Virus record (IMG/VR): IMGVR_UViG_3300031867_000015
Location: 32,001-96,000 of that record
Strand: one strand, 5' to 3'
Length of the DNA: 64,000 nt
DNA from: a virus
Taxonomy: Duplodnaviria > Caudoviricetes
Shown here piece after piece: positions 27,476 through 37,185 of the stretch. The notes beneath the pieces are model-generated. The model was given only the letters and a program-made list of their open reading frames with translations, did not search any database and was not told where the DNA came from. A program made the translations under genes and the position numbers. The first letter of the stretch is position 1; every line of letters begins with the position of its first letter.

Positions 27476-27747
27476 TATTCCTCATCCTCCTTAATGAATA
27501 AGTGTACACAGTCAACCATGAAGTCAAAGGCAAAACTGCTGAAAGTTCCACCGTATTCAATATACAGTGAGTTGTCAGAGTGTTCCCAGATATCACGGCA
27601 TATTGCTATGATATCCGCATCACTCATGCACTGGTCTGCACGTTTCAGCATAGCGGAATAATCCGCATTATTGCCCTTTGTGTACATTCTGTTCTTAATG
27701 CAGTAGTTGCGAACCTCGTCCGCAAACATTGTTTTGTCAATTGTCAT
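27475..27747 (-). CDS. hypothetical protein
   Basis: GGAGG RBS. Confidence 0.7.
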   Translation of the reverse strand: MTIDKTMFADEVRNYCIKNRMYTKGNNADYSAMLKRADQCMSDADIIAICRDIWEHSDNSLYIEYGGTFSSFAFDFMVDCVHLFIKEDEE

Positions 27748-27841
27748 AATTCATTCCTCCATATGAAAATTAGCATCCGTCTACTTTGGATATGACGGAG
27801 TAGCTTTAAAGGACTACGTTTCCGCAGTCCTCCCATCAGCG

Positions 27842-28024
27842 TTATGCTTTTTCGTCTATTGAAAAGTAAGTGTAGAACAGTTCTACAGCGGATTCATCGT
27901 CAATGTTAGTTCCAGATTCCAGAAGTCTATCTTCCAGATAGTCCTGACATTCGTTAAATGTTCCAGAGAACACAACGTCAGCAAAATTGCCGATTTGTTC
28001 CCATACCTGATATGTTTTCTCCAT
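27842..28024 (-). CDS. hypothetical protein
   Basis: GGAGG RBS. Confidence 0.7.
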   Translation of the reverse strand: MEKTYQVWEQIGNFADVVFSGTFNECQDYLEDRLLESGTNIDDESAVELFYTYFSIDEKA

Positions 28025-28064
28025 GATATACCTCCATTTTTATTATACAATTCATTCTTTGTTA

Positions 28065-28382
28065 TTAAACGAATGAAAAGTCGCTTTTTATAACCTCGAA
28101 TCCGATTGACTCTTGGTTGAAGGCTTGCTTTAAGGCGAGAGCCAGTCTTTTCATGCTCTCAATGTCAATGCCTGACACTTCGATTCTGAGTGTAGGCTCT
28201 TGTACAATCTCACCATTTTCGTGAGTGTACACTCCGCAGGCTTCGGTAATTGTACCAAAGCCGATGATCTCCGTGAGAAGATTTGAAGCCACTTTGTAAG
28301 CGTCAAGAGTTGACACTTCCTGAGCCTTTGAATCCTTGTCGAATAAGCCACAGAATAAAATTACCTTAGTTGCATTTGTCAT
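28065..28382 (-). CDS. hypothetical protein
   Basis: GGAGG RBS before MTNATK; GVYTHENG..V.E..LRIE...FNQESI. Confidence 0.75.
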   Translation of the reverse strand: MTNATKVILFCGLFDKDSKAQEVSTLDAYKVASNLLTEIIGFGTITEACGVYTHENGEIVQEPTLRIEVSGIDIESMKRLALALKQAFNQESIGFEVIKSDFSFV

Positions 28383-28488
28383 AATATACCTCCGTTTAAA
28401 GTCCATGAGACTATGTAATTGGTGCCAATCATAGCGGATTTACGCTAATCTTGACATAAATAAAGCGGTAAATCGTAAGAAATACCGC

Positions 28489-28517
28489 TTGACAAATCAG
28501 ATAAATTATGATAAAAT
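28489..28517 (+). promoter_or_regulatory. rightward sigma-A promoter opposing the candidate large ncRNA
   Basis: TTGACA-N17-TAAAAT, overlapping AAGCGGTA/TACCGCTT hairpin. Confidence 0.6.
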
Positions 28518-28519
28518 CA

Positions 28520-29245
28520 GTATGTAGGATTAGTCACTCAGATTAGCCAATTGTAGCTTATTGCCAATTATGGCAACTTCGGTTACTCACAGGTACAATA
28601 CTCTCATATTGCCGAGGGCTTCACAGCCTATCGTTTTACCCACCATCTGCATACAAGCTATAAAATACAGATGCATTTATTTTGACTATTTTTCACGCTA
28701 AGAGTGTATTCTTGCAAACGCACCCAACCCTAATCAGTACACGATTTAAGACGGTTTTAAGACTTTCAGCTTTTTATCTCACAAGTCAAAATAGAGAACT
28801 ACCAATATTTTGACCACGTTCCCCTGACAGATGTATGCATCCTAAGCCGTTTTACTTCCCATTTGTCACTTTAGTAAAACTACCCCCGATACACCTAACA
28901 CTACTTACAGATGTAAAGTCTGTTTTTGTGCGTTTTCAGTCAATTCGTGCTGTTTATTACAGCTTTACTTGCCTACTTTTCGCATCCGTGATACTTTAGT
29001 CAAACTACTATTTACCGCTTTACGTTGTGCTTTTTGGTTTAGCTGTAAAAAGATACAGCACCCCCCACGGCTCACTACAACACTTTTATCGTCAAATACA
29101 TGGAGTTAGAGCGTTCTCACTTGCATTGACTATCAGATTTTAGGTTACTGCAAACCACCTTTTTGCTATAGTATACCCCATAGACTTATAGGAAGGCTAT
29201 TCCTACGATGAACATTCAGCAAGTCTTTTTCAAGTCCCTTGCTAT
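28520..29245 (-). ncRNA. candidate large structured ncRNA (~700 nt)
   Basis: no ORF of 60 aa or more; directly downstream of three tandem promoters; many short hairpins. Confidence 0.45.
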
Positions 29246-29247
29246 GG

Positions 29248-29525
29248 TTTTATTCTATCACATATTCACGAATTTGTCAACTGTCAAATTGCACAAACTT
29301 TAAACCGTGTTTTTGTGATATCTGATAAACTACATTGAAAAGCACTTTTCAGCTTTTTCAAGCTGTTTTTGTGTTTTGTTCATTTCGTTTACCGTGATTT
29401 TATTCTATCACATATTCACGAATTTGTCAACTGTCAAATTGCACAAACTTTAAACCGTGTTTTTGTGATATCTGTCAATCGGAGCAAATCAAACATTTTT
29501 CAACTTTTTCAAGCTGTTTTGTGTT
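29248..29525. repeat. tandem ~150-bp duplication, each unit carrying a leftward promoter
   Basis: 29248-29324 identical to 29398-29474; TTGACA-N17-TAGAAT at 29280-29252 and 29430-29402; a third TTGACA-N17-TATAAT at 29574-29546. Confidence 0.9.
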
Positions 29526-31412
29526 GTTGTCTGTTGACAGTTATTATTATAGCCGATATTGCACACGATGTCAATACTTTTTTTGACGTTCTACCTTTTG
29601 CACATATAATTATTGTTTTGCGATATCTTGTGTTGTATAAAATGCACTAAAAAAGGAAGAAAAATATACTCGATGTAGAAGTTCGGGTATATCTGATATT
29701 GATTTTTATACTGTCTGTATACTCTCTTTATATTCTAATAGGTATTATAATATTAATACCTATTAAATACAAAGAGAGCAATACGTTCATTTGATTTGCA
29801 AATAAGTTCTTATGAACCTATTACTATCAGAGCTGGAAACTGTATATACTGTATATGTACAATATATACAGTTTTGTAGTCCCGATAGATTCAACAGATA
29901 GTATAAATTATGTATCATTGGTTTACTATTTGTATATTTTGCGACCGTGTAAACCTTTACTTTTTGTATAGTCTATTTATGGCTATTTATAGCGGTTTAT
30001 TCACTGTTGAATAAAAATATACGATACTTTTTGAATATTTTTCAAATTGAATTTGACTGAATGTATAATAATTATTGTTTTTCAATATCAGTTTATTGAA
30101 TAACAATATTATTGTTAACATAGTAAACTAAATAGATGATATCAGGCTGTTTTGTAAAAAGATAAAATAAAATAGTCTTTTTGTGTTGTCTCAAAACAGT
30201 GTTTAAAATGCTTTTTGACGGCTTTTTATTATCGGAATGATATTATATTACCCATATGTTACAAAGGGCATTAGAAACGATTTTGCTGTTTTGTAGCGAT
30301 ATACGGTAGTTTGAAGGCTGTTGAAAACTTTGCTTTAATTGTTGAAAGTTGTATACATTGCACAAATGTATTCATTAAGTAGTGAATATTCATGAAGATA
30401 GATTCGGAGTTTATGCCTATATTTCGGATAGAATCGGGATTTTATGAATATGAATATTCAGTATTTTGTGTATATTTTAGTGTGTTTTGGTGTTATATTA
30501 CTTATTGTTTATTTGTATGGTATTTATACAGATTGTTATTGAAGTGAATGTGTTATAGGTATAGACTATTAATTTTATTTGTGTTATTGGTTTTAGTTAT
30601 ATATTATTGGTGCATTGGTTATGTGTTATGTTTTGATATCGGTATGATATCAAAATGATATCAAAAAATAAAAGTGTTGCAATTGCAACAAAACTACCGA
30701 CAAAATCACTGTAAACTAAAATTGCTTTACATATGTATATGGATATTATATAACAGCATTAAAAAAATATATATGAATGATTCTTCAATTGTTAAAGATT
30801 TATCGTATACTATTATAATATAAAAGGGAAATGTGTTAGGCGGTACTAACAGTAGGAAATGTGCGAACCTACTGTTAGCAAGCCCTAACTTGGCGATATA
30901 TAGGGGATTGGTTTACATCGTAAAATCTTTTAACAACTGTTTTACACGGTAAAGGTATTCCATTCACAGCCTTCAAAAAAAATTACATACACTTCATATG
31001 CACCTTATATACACTTCACATACATTCCAAAATGCAATTCAAAATCATATAACTTCACACATACTCTTATTGCTTCTCCCCCTCACCTCTCTCCCTCAAA
31101 ACTATCCCTTATCAGATATCGGCTTAATACATTCAATATAATATCTAATATTAAATTTCAAATAAACATCTCTTAATTCCTAAAAACTTAATCTAATCCA
31201 ATCAAGAACGTATCTATCCTATTATTTTATTATCTATATAATTAATCACTTTATAATACTCCTATTCGCTCTACAATAAACTACAATCAATTCTAACAAC
31301 ATAAGTAGTGTAACTATATTCTAATTAATACAAAGCCTTACAGCGCATTTAAAAGCGTATTATAATACTATAAAATATTTCCCATTCAATAAATAAAAAA
31401 CAAGTCAGATAG

Positions 31413-31512
31413 TTTTACCTTTAAGCGGATGCGAAGCAGACGATTAAAGGTAAATCTGATTATGCGAGTATGAGAACGAGCGGAGCGAATGTTCTCATAC
31501 GGCAGAATCAGA
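31413..31512. other. tandem hairpins with GCGAAGC / GAGCGGAGCGA loops (origin/sso-like)
   Basis: TTTACCTTTAA/TTAAAGGTAAA; TCTGATT..GTATGAGAAC/GTTCTCATAC..AATCAGA. Confidence 0.55.
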
Positions 31513-31615
31513 CAATGCCATAGGCTACAATTAAGATAGTATTAATTAATAATCCAGTGTAAAAAATTGGGGGTATGTTTAATAGTAGCTATGCAACAAT
31601 TTTTGTAACGGTCTA

Positions 31616-31644
31616 TTGACAAAGAGTAAATTGTATGTTATAAT
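31616..31644 (+). promoter_or_regulatory. rightward early promoter (operator family)
   Basis: TTGACA-AAGAGTAAATTGTATGT-TATAAT. Confidence 0.85.
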
Positions 31645-31933
31645 ATAAGTTAGAATGTGAGATGATAATTGTAGGATATTGTGAAGATAATTGCCCGAAC
31701 TCCGATTCTCTCCGTTCGTTCACTTATCTTCACGAACAATAATCCGCAAGCGGCTTATTGTTCCATCTCTTTTTTGTTTTTTATTTATTATTAATTATAT
31801 TATATATATTTATATTAATTATATTATATATTAATTATTGGCAAGCGTATCGGGTGTGTGTATTACGAGCAACGTAAACGACCAAAATCGGGACTATTTG
31901 CCTATGTATAGCGGTTTTTTAGGAATTGCACCC

Positions 31934-31985
31934 TCGCCTGAAATGTCCGAAAAAGGGGGTGTTTCTCGCCTGAAATGTCCGAAAT
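31934..31985 (+). repeat. 20-bp direct repeat (iteron-like)
   Basis: CTCGCCTGAAATGTCCGAAA x2 directly upstream of the rep-like promoter. Confidence 0.8.
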
Positions 31986-31998
31986 TTTTAAAAACCTC

Positions 31999-32027
31999 TT
32001 GACAAGGAGTAAAATGTATAGTATAAT
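31999..32027 (+). promoter_or_regulatory. sigma-A promoter of the rep-like gene
   Basis: TTGACA-AGGAGTAAAATGTATAG-TATAAT. Confidence 0.8.
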
Positions 32028-32082
32028 ATAATTGCAGAAACGCATAGTGTTTCTAATAAATACAATTGAAAGGATTGGTTTA

Positions 32083-33081
32083 ATGGAGATAATACCAACA
32101 AACATTAACGAAGAAACAGGAGAAGTGATAACAGAAAAAACCACATACACAGAAGAAGATATATATGCCGCCGAGGTCAAAGGACGAGAAGAAGAAAAAG
32201 AGCGAGAACGTCAAAATAAAAAAATAAGAAAAGAGTTTTACGAAAAGAAACAGAATTTAAAAATGGTTACATCAGAATTGGGTGGAAACTTCTTTTGGGG
32301 GATATATAATCCAATCGAAATATACTACCCTACTTTATCCGATAGTATGCTTGTACAAGTAATGTATCTAATGACATATTTAAAATATAATGATAATGTT
32401 TTAGTTATTAGGGATGATTGTTATTCAACCTATCGTTATATGACCAAAGAAGATGTGAAGAAGATTATTGGTGTAGATAAAACTCATTTCGCTCGTTTTT
32501 GGAAAGAACTTCTTAAAACTGAAATTGTCGCTGAACAAGAAGATGGTAAGCTAACTGTGTCCGAAAACTTTAAAAGGGGTTGTATAAAAAAAGATATTGG
32601 AGAAGATACTTGTGCTATAAAAATATTTTCACATTGCGTTAGATATCTTTATGAAAAGACTGAACCACGCTCACGAAAATATCTTGCAATGCTACTGCGA
32701 TTCATTCCGTATATCAATGTAAAATACAATGTGCTTTGTAGGAATCCATTGGAATTAGATGTGAATGAAATAGATTTAATGACAACAAAGGATATGCTGT
32801 CGCTACTTGGACTTGGGGAAAGACAAGAGAAAAGATTAATTGACACTTTATTTAAGATTTGTTTTATAGATAAAGATGGAAGTAGCAGAAGTGTAATTAC
32901 TATTATCCAAAACGTCAAGGATGACAAGATAAGAAAATTCATTACAATTAATCCTCAATTTTACTCAGGTTATTATTGTAATGAGGACATAGCACCAATA
33001 ATCGCTGACAAGTGTATAAAAGAAAATAAAGCATTAAATATTAACCTAAAGGAAAACTATTATGAAAATAAAAGTGTATGA
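32083..33081 (+). CDS. putative replication initiator (RepL-like winged-helix protein)
   Basis: two HTH-like segments (MTKEDVKKIIGV...FWKEL; MTTKDMLSLLG), C-terminal INPQF; follows direct repeats. Confidence 0.55.
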   Translation: MEIIPTNINEETGEVITEKTTYTEEDIYAAEVKGREEEKERERQNKKIRKEFYEKKQNLKMVTSELGGNFFWGIYNPIEIYYPTLSDSMLVQVMYLMTYLKYNDNVLVIRDDCYSTYRYMTKEDVKKIIGVDKTHFARFWKELLKTEIVAEQEDGKLTVSENFKRGCIKKDIGEDTCAIKIFSHCVRYLYEKTEPRSRKYLAMLLRFIPYINVKYNVLCRNPLELDVNEIDLMTTKDMLSLLGLGERQEKRLIDTLFKICFIDKDGSSRSVITIIQNVKDDKIRKFITINPQFYSGYYCNEDIAPIIADKCIKENKALNINLKENYYENKSV

Positions 33082-33439
33082 CGAGTTTAAGACATTCAGA
33101 GAATTTATTAATATTTGTAAGGGAGTATGGAGGTTTTTGAAAAACAATAATTGTACTATAAAGAATCTCACTGTATACGTAACCCTTTATAACGAGAATA
33201 ATAACTGTGAAGATATTAACCTTTATGACAAAGATGGTAATATATCTTGTAAGAATGTAGGATTAATGATTGGGGATTTCCCTTATATCAATTGGGATGA
33301 ATTTAATGAAAATAAGAAAATAGATAAGGGTAAGAAAATAATTGTTCGTTCAGAAGGGGATATGTTAAAACAACGTGATTATAATTTGAATTGCAATAGA
33401 GTTTATTATAAGGGAATAGATTTTGATGACTTAGAATAG
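33062..33439 (+). CDS. hypothetical protein
   Basis: AAGGA RBS, overlaps rep stop. Confidence 0.7.
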   Translation: MKIKVYDEFKTFREFINICKGVWRFLKNNNCTIKNLTVYVTLYNENNNCEDINLYDKDGNISCKNVGLMIGDFPYINWDEFNENKKIDKGKKIIVRSEGDMLKQRDYNLNCNRVYYKGIDFDDLE

Positions 33440-33466
33440 TTAAAAATATAAAATTTCATTTCCCTC

Positions 33467-33546
33467 TTGACAAAGAGCGAATTTTATAGTATAATATATA
33501 TAGAGGTAAACGATTTATATTTTAACCCTCATAGAGTAAATTGTAT
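33467..33546 (+). promoter_or_regulatory. early promoter with a second operator copy downstream
   Basis: TTGACA-N17-TATAAT 33467-33495; AGAGTAAATTGTAT at 33533. Confidence 0.8.
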
Positions 33547-33692
33547 AATAGAAAGGTGGTGAACTTATTGAAAGACTGGATTGACTACTTACAGACACTA
33601 ACTAACGGTCAGTCGGACACGGAGCAGTATGATAATGATGAATGGTCTGACCAATACTACGGTCTGTCAGAATATAGAGAGTATGCAGAGTT

Positions 33693-33902
33693 ATGGTGTT
33701 AAACAAGGAGAATCGAATGGTAAACGAATACAGGTTACACATTGTCTTAGCGATAGAAATGCTATTATGTGGTATATGGTGGACATACAAAGCAATTACG
33801 AAATCTCAACAAAAATTAGATTATTCCCTTGATATTATATTATGCGGATTGAGTTTTATATCATGCGGTATTAATCTTGGTTATCTTTTATATGCGAGGT
33901 GA
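33693..33902 (+). CDS. small 2-TM membrane protein
   Basis: two hydrophobic segments. Confidence 0.6.
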   Translation: MVLNKENRMVNEYRLHIVLAIEMLLCGIWWTYKAITKSQQKLDYSLDIILCGLSFISCGINLGYLLYAR

Positions 33903-33906
33903 GGAA

Positions 33907-34278
33907 ATGTATATTAATAATAAATGGTACACCGAGAGTGAACTTAATGCTTATGTTAAAAAGTTAGAAAGCACAATTTCAGAACTGGAAGATAAGCATT
34001 GGAATGAATGTAGACAGATTGCTCATTACGAAGAAGAACTTACAGAAGCCAAGAGATTATTGAAGATTGCAGTTGAAAGTTTTGATAAACTGCTTGACAC
34101 AGTAGTAGGGTTTGAGCAGAGATGTATTGTATGCGACTACGCTATGAAGTATGCTAATCCTTATGATGCGTGTAACTCTTGTCCTCTTGGGAATGGTAAA
34201 CATAAGAGATGTACATGGAAGTTTAAAGAAGAAGCAATGAAGTTAATAGGAGTTCGTGAAGATTATGAGGAAGATTAA
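33907..34278 (+). CDS. Cys-rich hypothetical protein
   Basis: GAGGTGAGG RBS; module shared with 3297..3656. Confidence 0.7.
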   Translation: MYINNKWYTESELNAYVKKLESTISELEDKHWNECRQIAHYEEELTEAKRLLKIAVESFDKLLDTVVGFEQRCIVCDYAMKYANPYDACNSCPLGNGKHKRCTWKFKEEAMKLIGVREDYEED

Positions 34279-34283
34279 TAAGA

Positions 34284-34484
34284 ATGATGACCAAAGGGGA
34301 TTTGTTAATTGAAGTCATGCAATATTGCTGTAGGGATATTTGTTATAAATGTCACAACTGCAATGTGGTTGATAGATGCCTAAATGATTTCTATGAAACT
34401 ATACCGTGTGATTGTCCATGCAACGACACTTGTCATGATATGACAATAATATCGTTTTGGTTAATTGACGAGGGAAAATATTAA
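34284..34484 (+). CDS. Cys-rich hypothetical protein
   Basis: co-oriented ORF. Confidence 0.6.
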   Translation: MMTKGDLLIEVMQYCCRDICYKCHNCNVVDRCLNDFYETIPCDCPCNDTCHDMTIISFWLIDEGKY

Positions 34485-34495
34485 AAGGAGTTAAT

Positions 34496-34786
34496 ATGAA
34501 ATTATTCAGTGTGCAAGAGTTATGTTATAAAGTATTGGGATGTTTTCGTCCTATTGCAGAAACAAATGTAGATAATGAACGATATGAACATCTGAAAGAC
34601 TGGACTGAGTTCAACAGACATATTATATATGAATTGATTATGTGTGCCAGAAATGAAGATATGCGTTCATACGCTTCATCAAAACAGATTGTAGATTTGA
34701 CAAGAGAACACCTTGACGAAATATATCAGTGGATAAAGGATGAGCGTAAGCTGTGGCATCCTGATTGTGAGGAAAATGATGAGTAA
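34496..34786 (+). CDS. hypothetical protein
   Basis: AAGGAG RBS. Confidence 0.7.
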   Translation: MKLFSVQELCYKVLGCFRPIAETNVDNERYEHLKDWTEFNRHIIYELIMCARNEDMRSYASSKQIVDLTREHLDEIYQWIKDERKLWHPDCEENDE

Positions 34787-35021
34787 GAAAGAAACAAGAT
34801 TAATGAAGTATCTGTCTGAGGTAGGTAGCATTACTTCGATGGACGCTATTAAGGAACTGGGAGATACCAGATTAGCCGCAACGGTATTTGAGTTAAGACG
34901 AAAGGGAATCAATATAATTTCAACATCTGAAACAAGTGTGAACAGATGGGGTGAAAAGGTAACTTATACAAGATATGTTTTACAGGAAGGGAATAACAAT
35001 GACAAACAGACAGTGGCTTAA
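34776..35021 (+). CDS. helix-turn-helix protein (HTH_39-like)
   Basis: YL..GSITSMDA..LG.TRLAA.VFELR..G.NI. Confidence 0.75.
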   Translation: MMSKKETRLMKYLSEVGSITSMDAIKELGDTRLAATVFELRRKGINIISTSETSVNRWGEKVTYTRYVLQEGNNNDKQTVA

Positions 35022-35244
35022 TAATATGGCATTGATTGACCTGTTGAGTTTCATTAATGGAAATCTTGACAGTGATGAAAGATGTATTATTCAATTGCTT
35101 AATGATAATTATGATTATTGCCCTAAAGAGTTTGCACCAGTGTATGAAAGAAATTATACAACAAGTTACCCATACAAGTTAATCGAACCTGCAAAATGTT
35201 ATGAATGTATTTGTGCATGGTTAAATAAGGAGAGAAACAAATGA
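34999..35244 (+). CDS. hypothetical protein
   Basis: MTNRQWL...CICAWLN. Confidence 0.65.
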   Translation: MTNRQWLNNMALIDLLSFINGNLDSDERCIIQLLNDNYDYCPKEFAPVYERNYTTSYPYKLIEPAKCYECICAWLNKERNK

Positions 35245-35489
35245 AACTATCAGTGGTATTACTACGATTATTAAAAATGATTCAAGATGATTGTAGTAAA
35301 CATAATTGCAGTCATTGTAAGTTTAAAAAGAACATCTATATGCATGAACCATGCTTATTAGGTTATCCCCATAAATGGAAATTAGATGAACTTACTGATG
35401 ATATACTGCGACAAATACCAGAACTTGCTTTTGAATTTGACCATTGGGATTTATATGATTTATTTGCACAAGAAGCTGAGGAAGAATGA
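35241..35489 (+). CDS. hypothetical protein
   Basis: AAGGAG RBS. Confidence 0.65.
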   Translation: MKLSVVLLRLLKMIQDDCSKHNCSHCKFKKNIYMHEPCLLGYPHKWKLDELTDDILRQIPELAFEFDHWDLYDLFAQEAEEE

Positions 35490-35947
35490 TAAGGAGAGAT
35501 AATATGGATTTAAACGATATTAAACAGAAAGCATGGGAATTTAAAGGAGCAACAAGTTACTGGACTGAGATTCATGCAATAAAGGATGATTTGAATTTAT
35601 TAAATCCTCTTGCAAAAAGGATTAAGACTTGTTCGTTTCCACTTGAAGTAAGAATAGCAAACCGAGCATTTGATATGATATTTAAGGATTGGGGTTACAA
35701 TGTAAACTACGTTGAAGATGTTTATGCTGTATATACTATGCTTACTGAAATTGTAAATGATATATATAATGAATCAGAAAAGTATACCGATAAAGAGAAA
35801 CGTGACTTTCTTGAATGGTGTTATGATTCTGGGATTGATGTATCTACGTTTGTAAAATGTACAATTGATTGTTCCAGAGGAATTGCAGGAACTATTACTA
35901 AAGTTGATGCAATAATGAGGGAAATCGAAAGAGAGCGTGGAGAATGA
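35486..35947 (+). CDS. hypothetical protein
   Basis: co-oriented ORF. Confidence 0.7.
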   Translation: MIRRDNMDLNDIKQKAWEFKGATSYWTEIHAIKDDLNLLNPLAKRIKTCSFPLEVRIANRAFDMIFKDWGYNVNYVEDVYAVYTMLTEIVNDIYNESEKYTDKEKRDFLEWCYDSGIDVSTFVKCTIDCSRGIAGTITKVDAIMREIERERGE

Positions 35948-36201
35948 GTATGAGCGAATTGAATGAATGGGCTGAACGCTGTCAGCAAGACGGTATAGAA
36001 GTATGGAGACTTGAACATGAATCAGATATAACAGGACTATATATGACAAAGAAGAAAATAGGTAATGGAGTTCCATACTACAATTGGACTTCACCCATAT
36101 ATCATATTTGGATAAATGATAAACGAGTATTTACCTGTATGAACTATCGTGATGCTTATGAGATTTATAAAAATGAAAAGGAGAGATTTGAAAATGATTA
36201 A
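35944..36201 (+). CDS. hypothetical protein
   Basis: ATGA-coupled. Confidence 0.65.
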   Translation: MSMSELNEWAERCQQDGIEVWRLEHESDITGLYMTKKKIGNGVPYYNWTSPIYHIWINDKRVFTCMNYRDAYEIYKNEKERFEND

Positions 36202-36358
36202 TTTATTATCTGCGATTACATTATCTGTAATAGGTTCTACTCTTATTAGTAGACGTACCAACAGCAAGGACAAGTTTGATTTTATTATGACTATGGCTAT
36301 TTGGTCATTGATATTATCTGGCATGAGTTTAGCCAAATTCTTTGAGGGGTAATTAATT

Positions 36359-37012
36359 ATGAATACCAATTGTGAAGAATGGTGCAGAATTGAATGTGGT
36401 GAATGTAAATGGTTTAAAGTCAATGCTGATATGGACGGTGTTGAATCTACCTGTAAGAGATTAGACCACAAGCATTTAAGATTTGCCAAAAAGATTTTTA
36501 AATGCTACGATTGTGGGTGTTTTGATATAAATACCTGTGCTGATTTTGAACCAGATGAAAAGAAAGTGCCATGGCTGTATAATCATTGGGATAAAGTCAA
36601 AGAGCAAATTATACCTTATGGAGAATTTGCTTGTGTTGAACTTAATGTTGACGGAAATACGGATGTGAGATATTGTGTGTTAGGTTCAGATTTTTATAAT
36701 AACACTTTTATTAATGAAGATGGTTCTCTTAAATGGAGATATAAATATTATTCAGTTCCAGATAGAAAGAGTCCTATAAAGTATCGTATAGTTTATGAAA
36801 CACCTGATGGACTAAAACTGACACAGGAATTATGTAAGTTATATGATAGGGGGTTATTACAATTGACATTTGAAACTTTAAAGAAGGTTCTTAATAAAGG
36901 CGATAAGCATGGGTCAGCTTTCAATGAAATACTTGACTACTATCATATAGAAAACAAAGACCTTACTAAGATTACAGAAGATATGGCAAAGAATTGGTTG
37001 GAAAGGAAGTGA
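36359..37012 (+). CDS. Cys-rich hypothetical protein
   Basis: 217 aa, GAGGGG RBS. Confidence 0.7.
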   Translation: MNTNCEEWCRIECGECKWFKVNADMDGVESTCKRLDHKHLRFAKKIFKCYDCGCFDINTCADFEPDEKKVPWLYNHWDKVKEQIIPYGEFACVELNVDGNTDVRYCVLGSDFYNNTFINEDGSLKWRYKYYSVPDRKSPIKYRIVYETPDGLKLTQELCKLYDRGLLQLTFETLKKVLNKGDKHGSAFNEILDYYHIENKDLTKITEDMAKNWLERK

Positions 37013-37017
37013 CAATA

Positions 37018-37185
37018 ATGTGTTCAGCAACTACTAAAAGGATAGCTTCATTTAGTAAGACCGATAAACATGAGACTTTAACAATGCTTATGGATTGGTA
37101 TGGACTTAATGACCTTGAAAATATTCCTGAGACTGCCGCATTAGAATTTCTTGCAATGCTTGAAAGTGGTGAGGTAAAGGTTTGA
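37018..37185 (+). CDS. small hypothetical protein
   Basis: GAAAGGAAG RBS. Confidence 0.6.
   Translation: MCSATTKRIASFSKTDKHETLTMLMDWYGLNDLENIPETAALEFLAMLESGEVKV

Noticed and set aside
29248-29525. CRISPR array
   Set aside because: Only two long (~150 bp) units with no unique spacers; it is a promoter duplication.
29369-29650. 93 aa ORF in the repeat region
   Set aside because: It runs through duplicated promoter DNA with no RBS.
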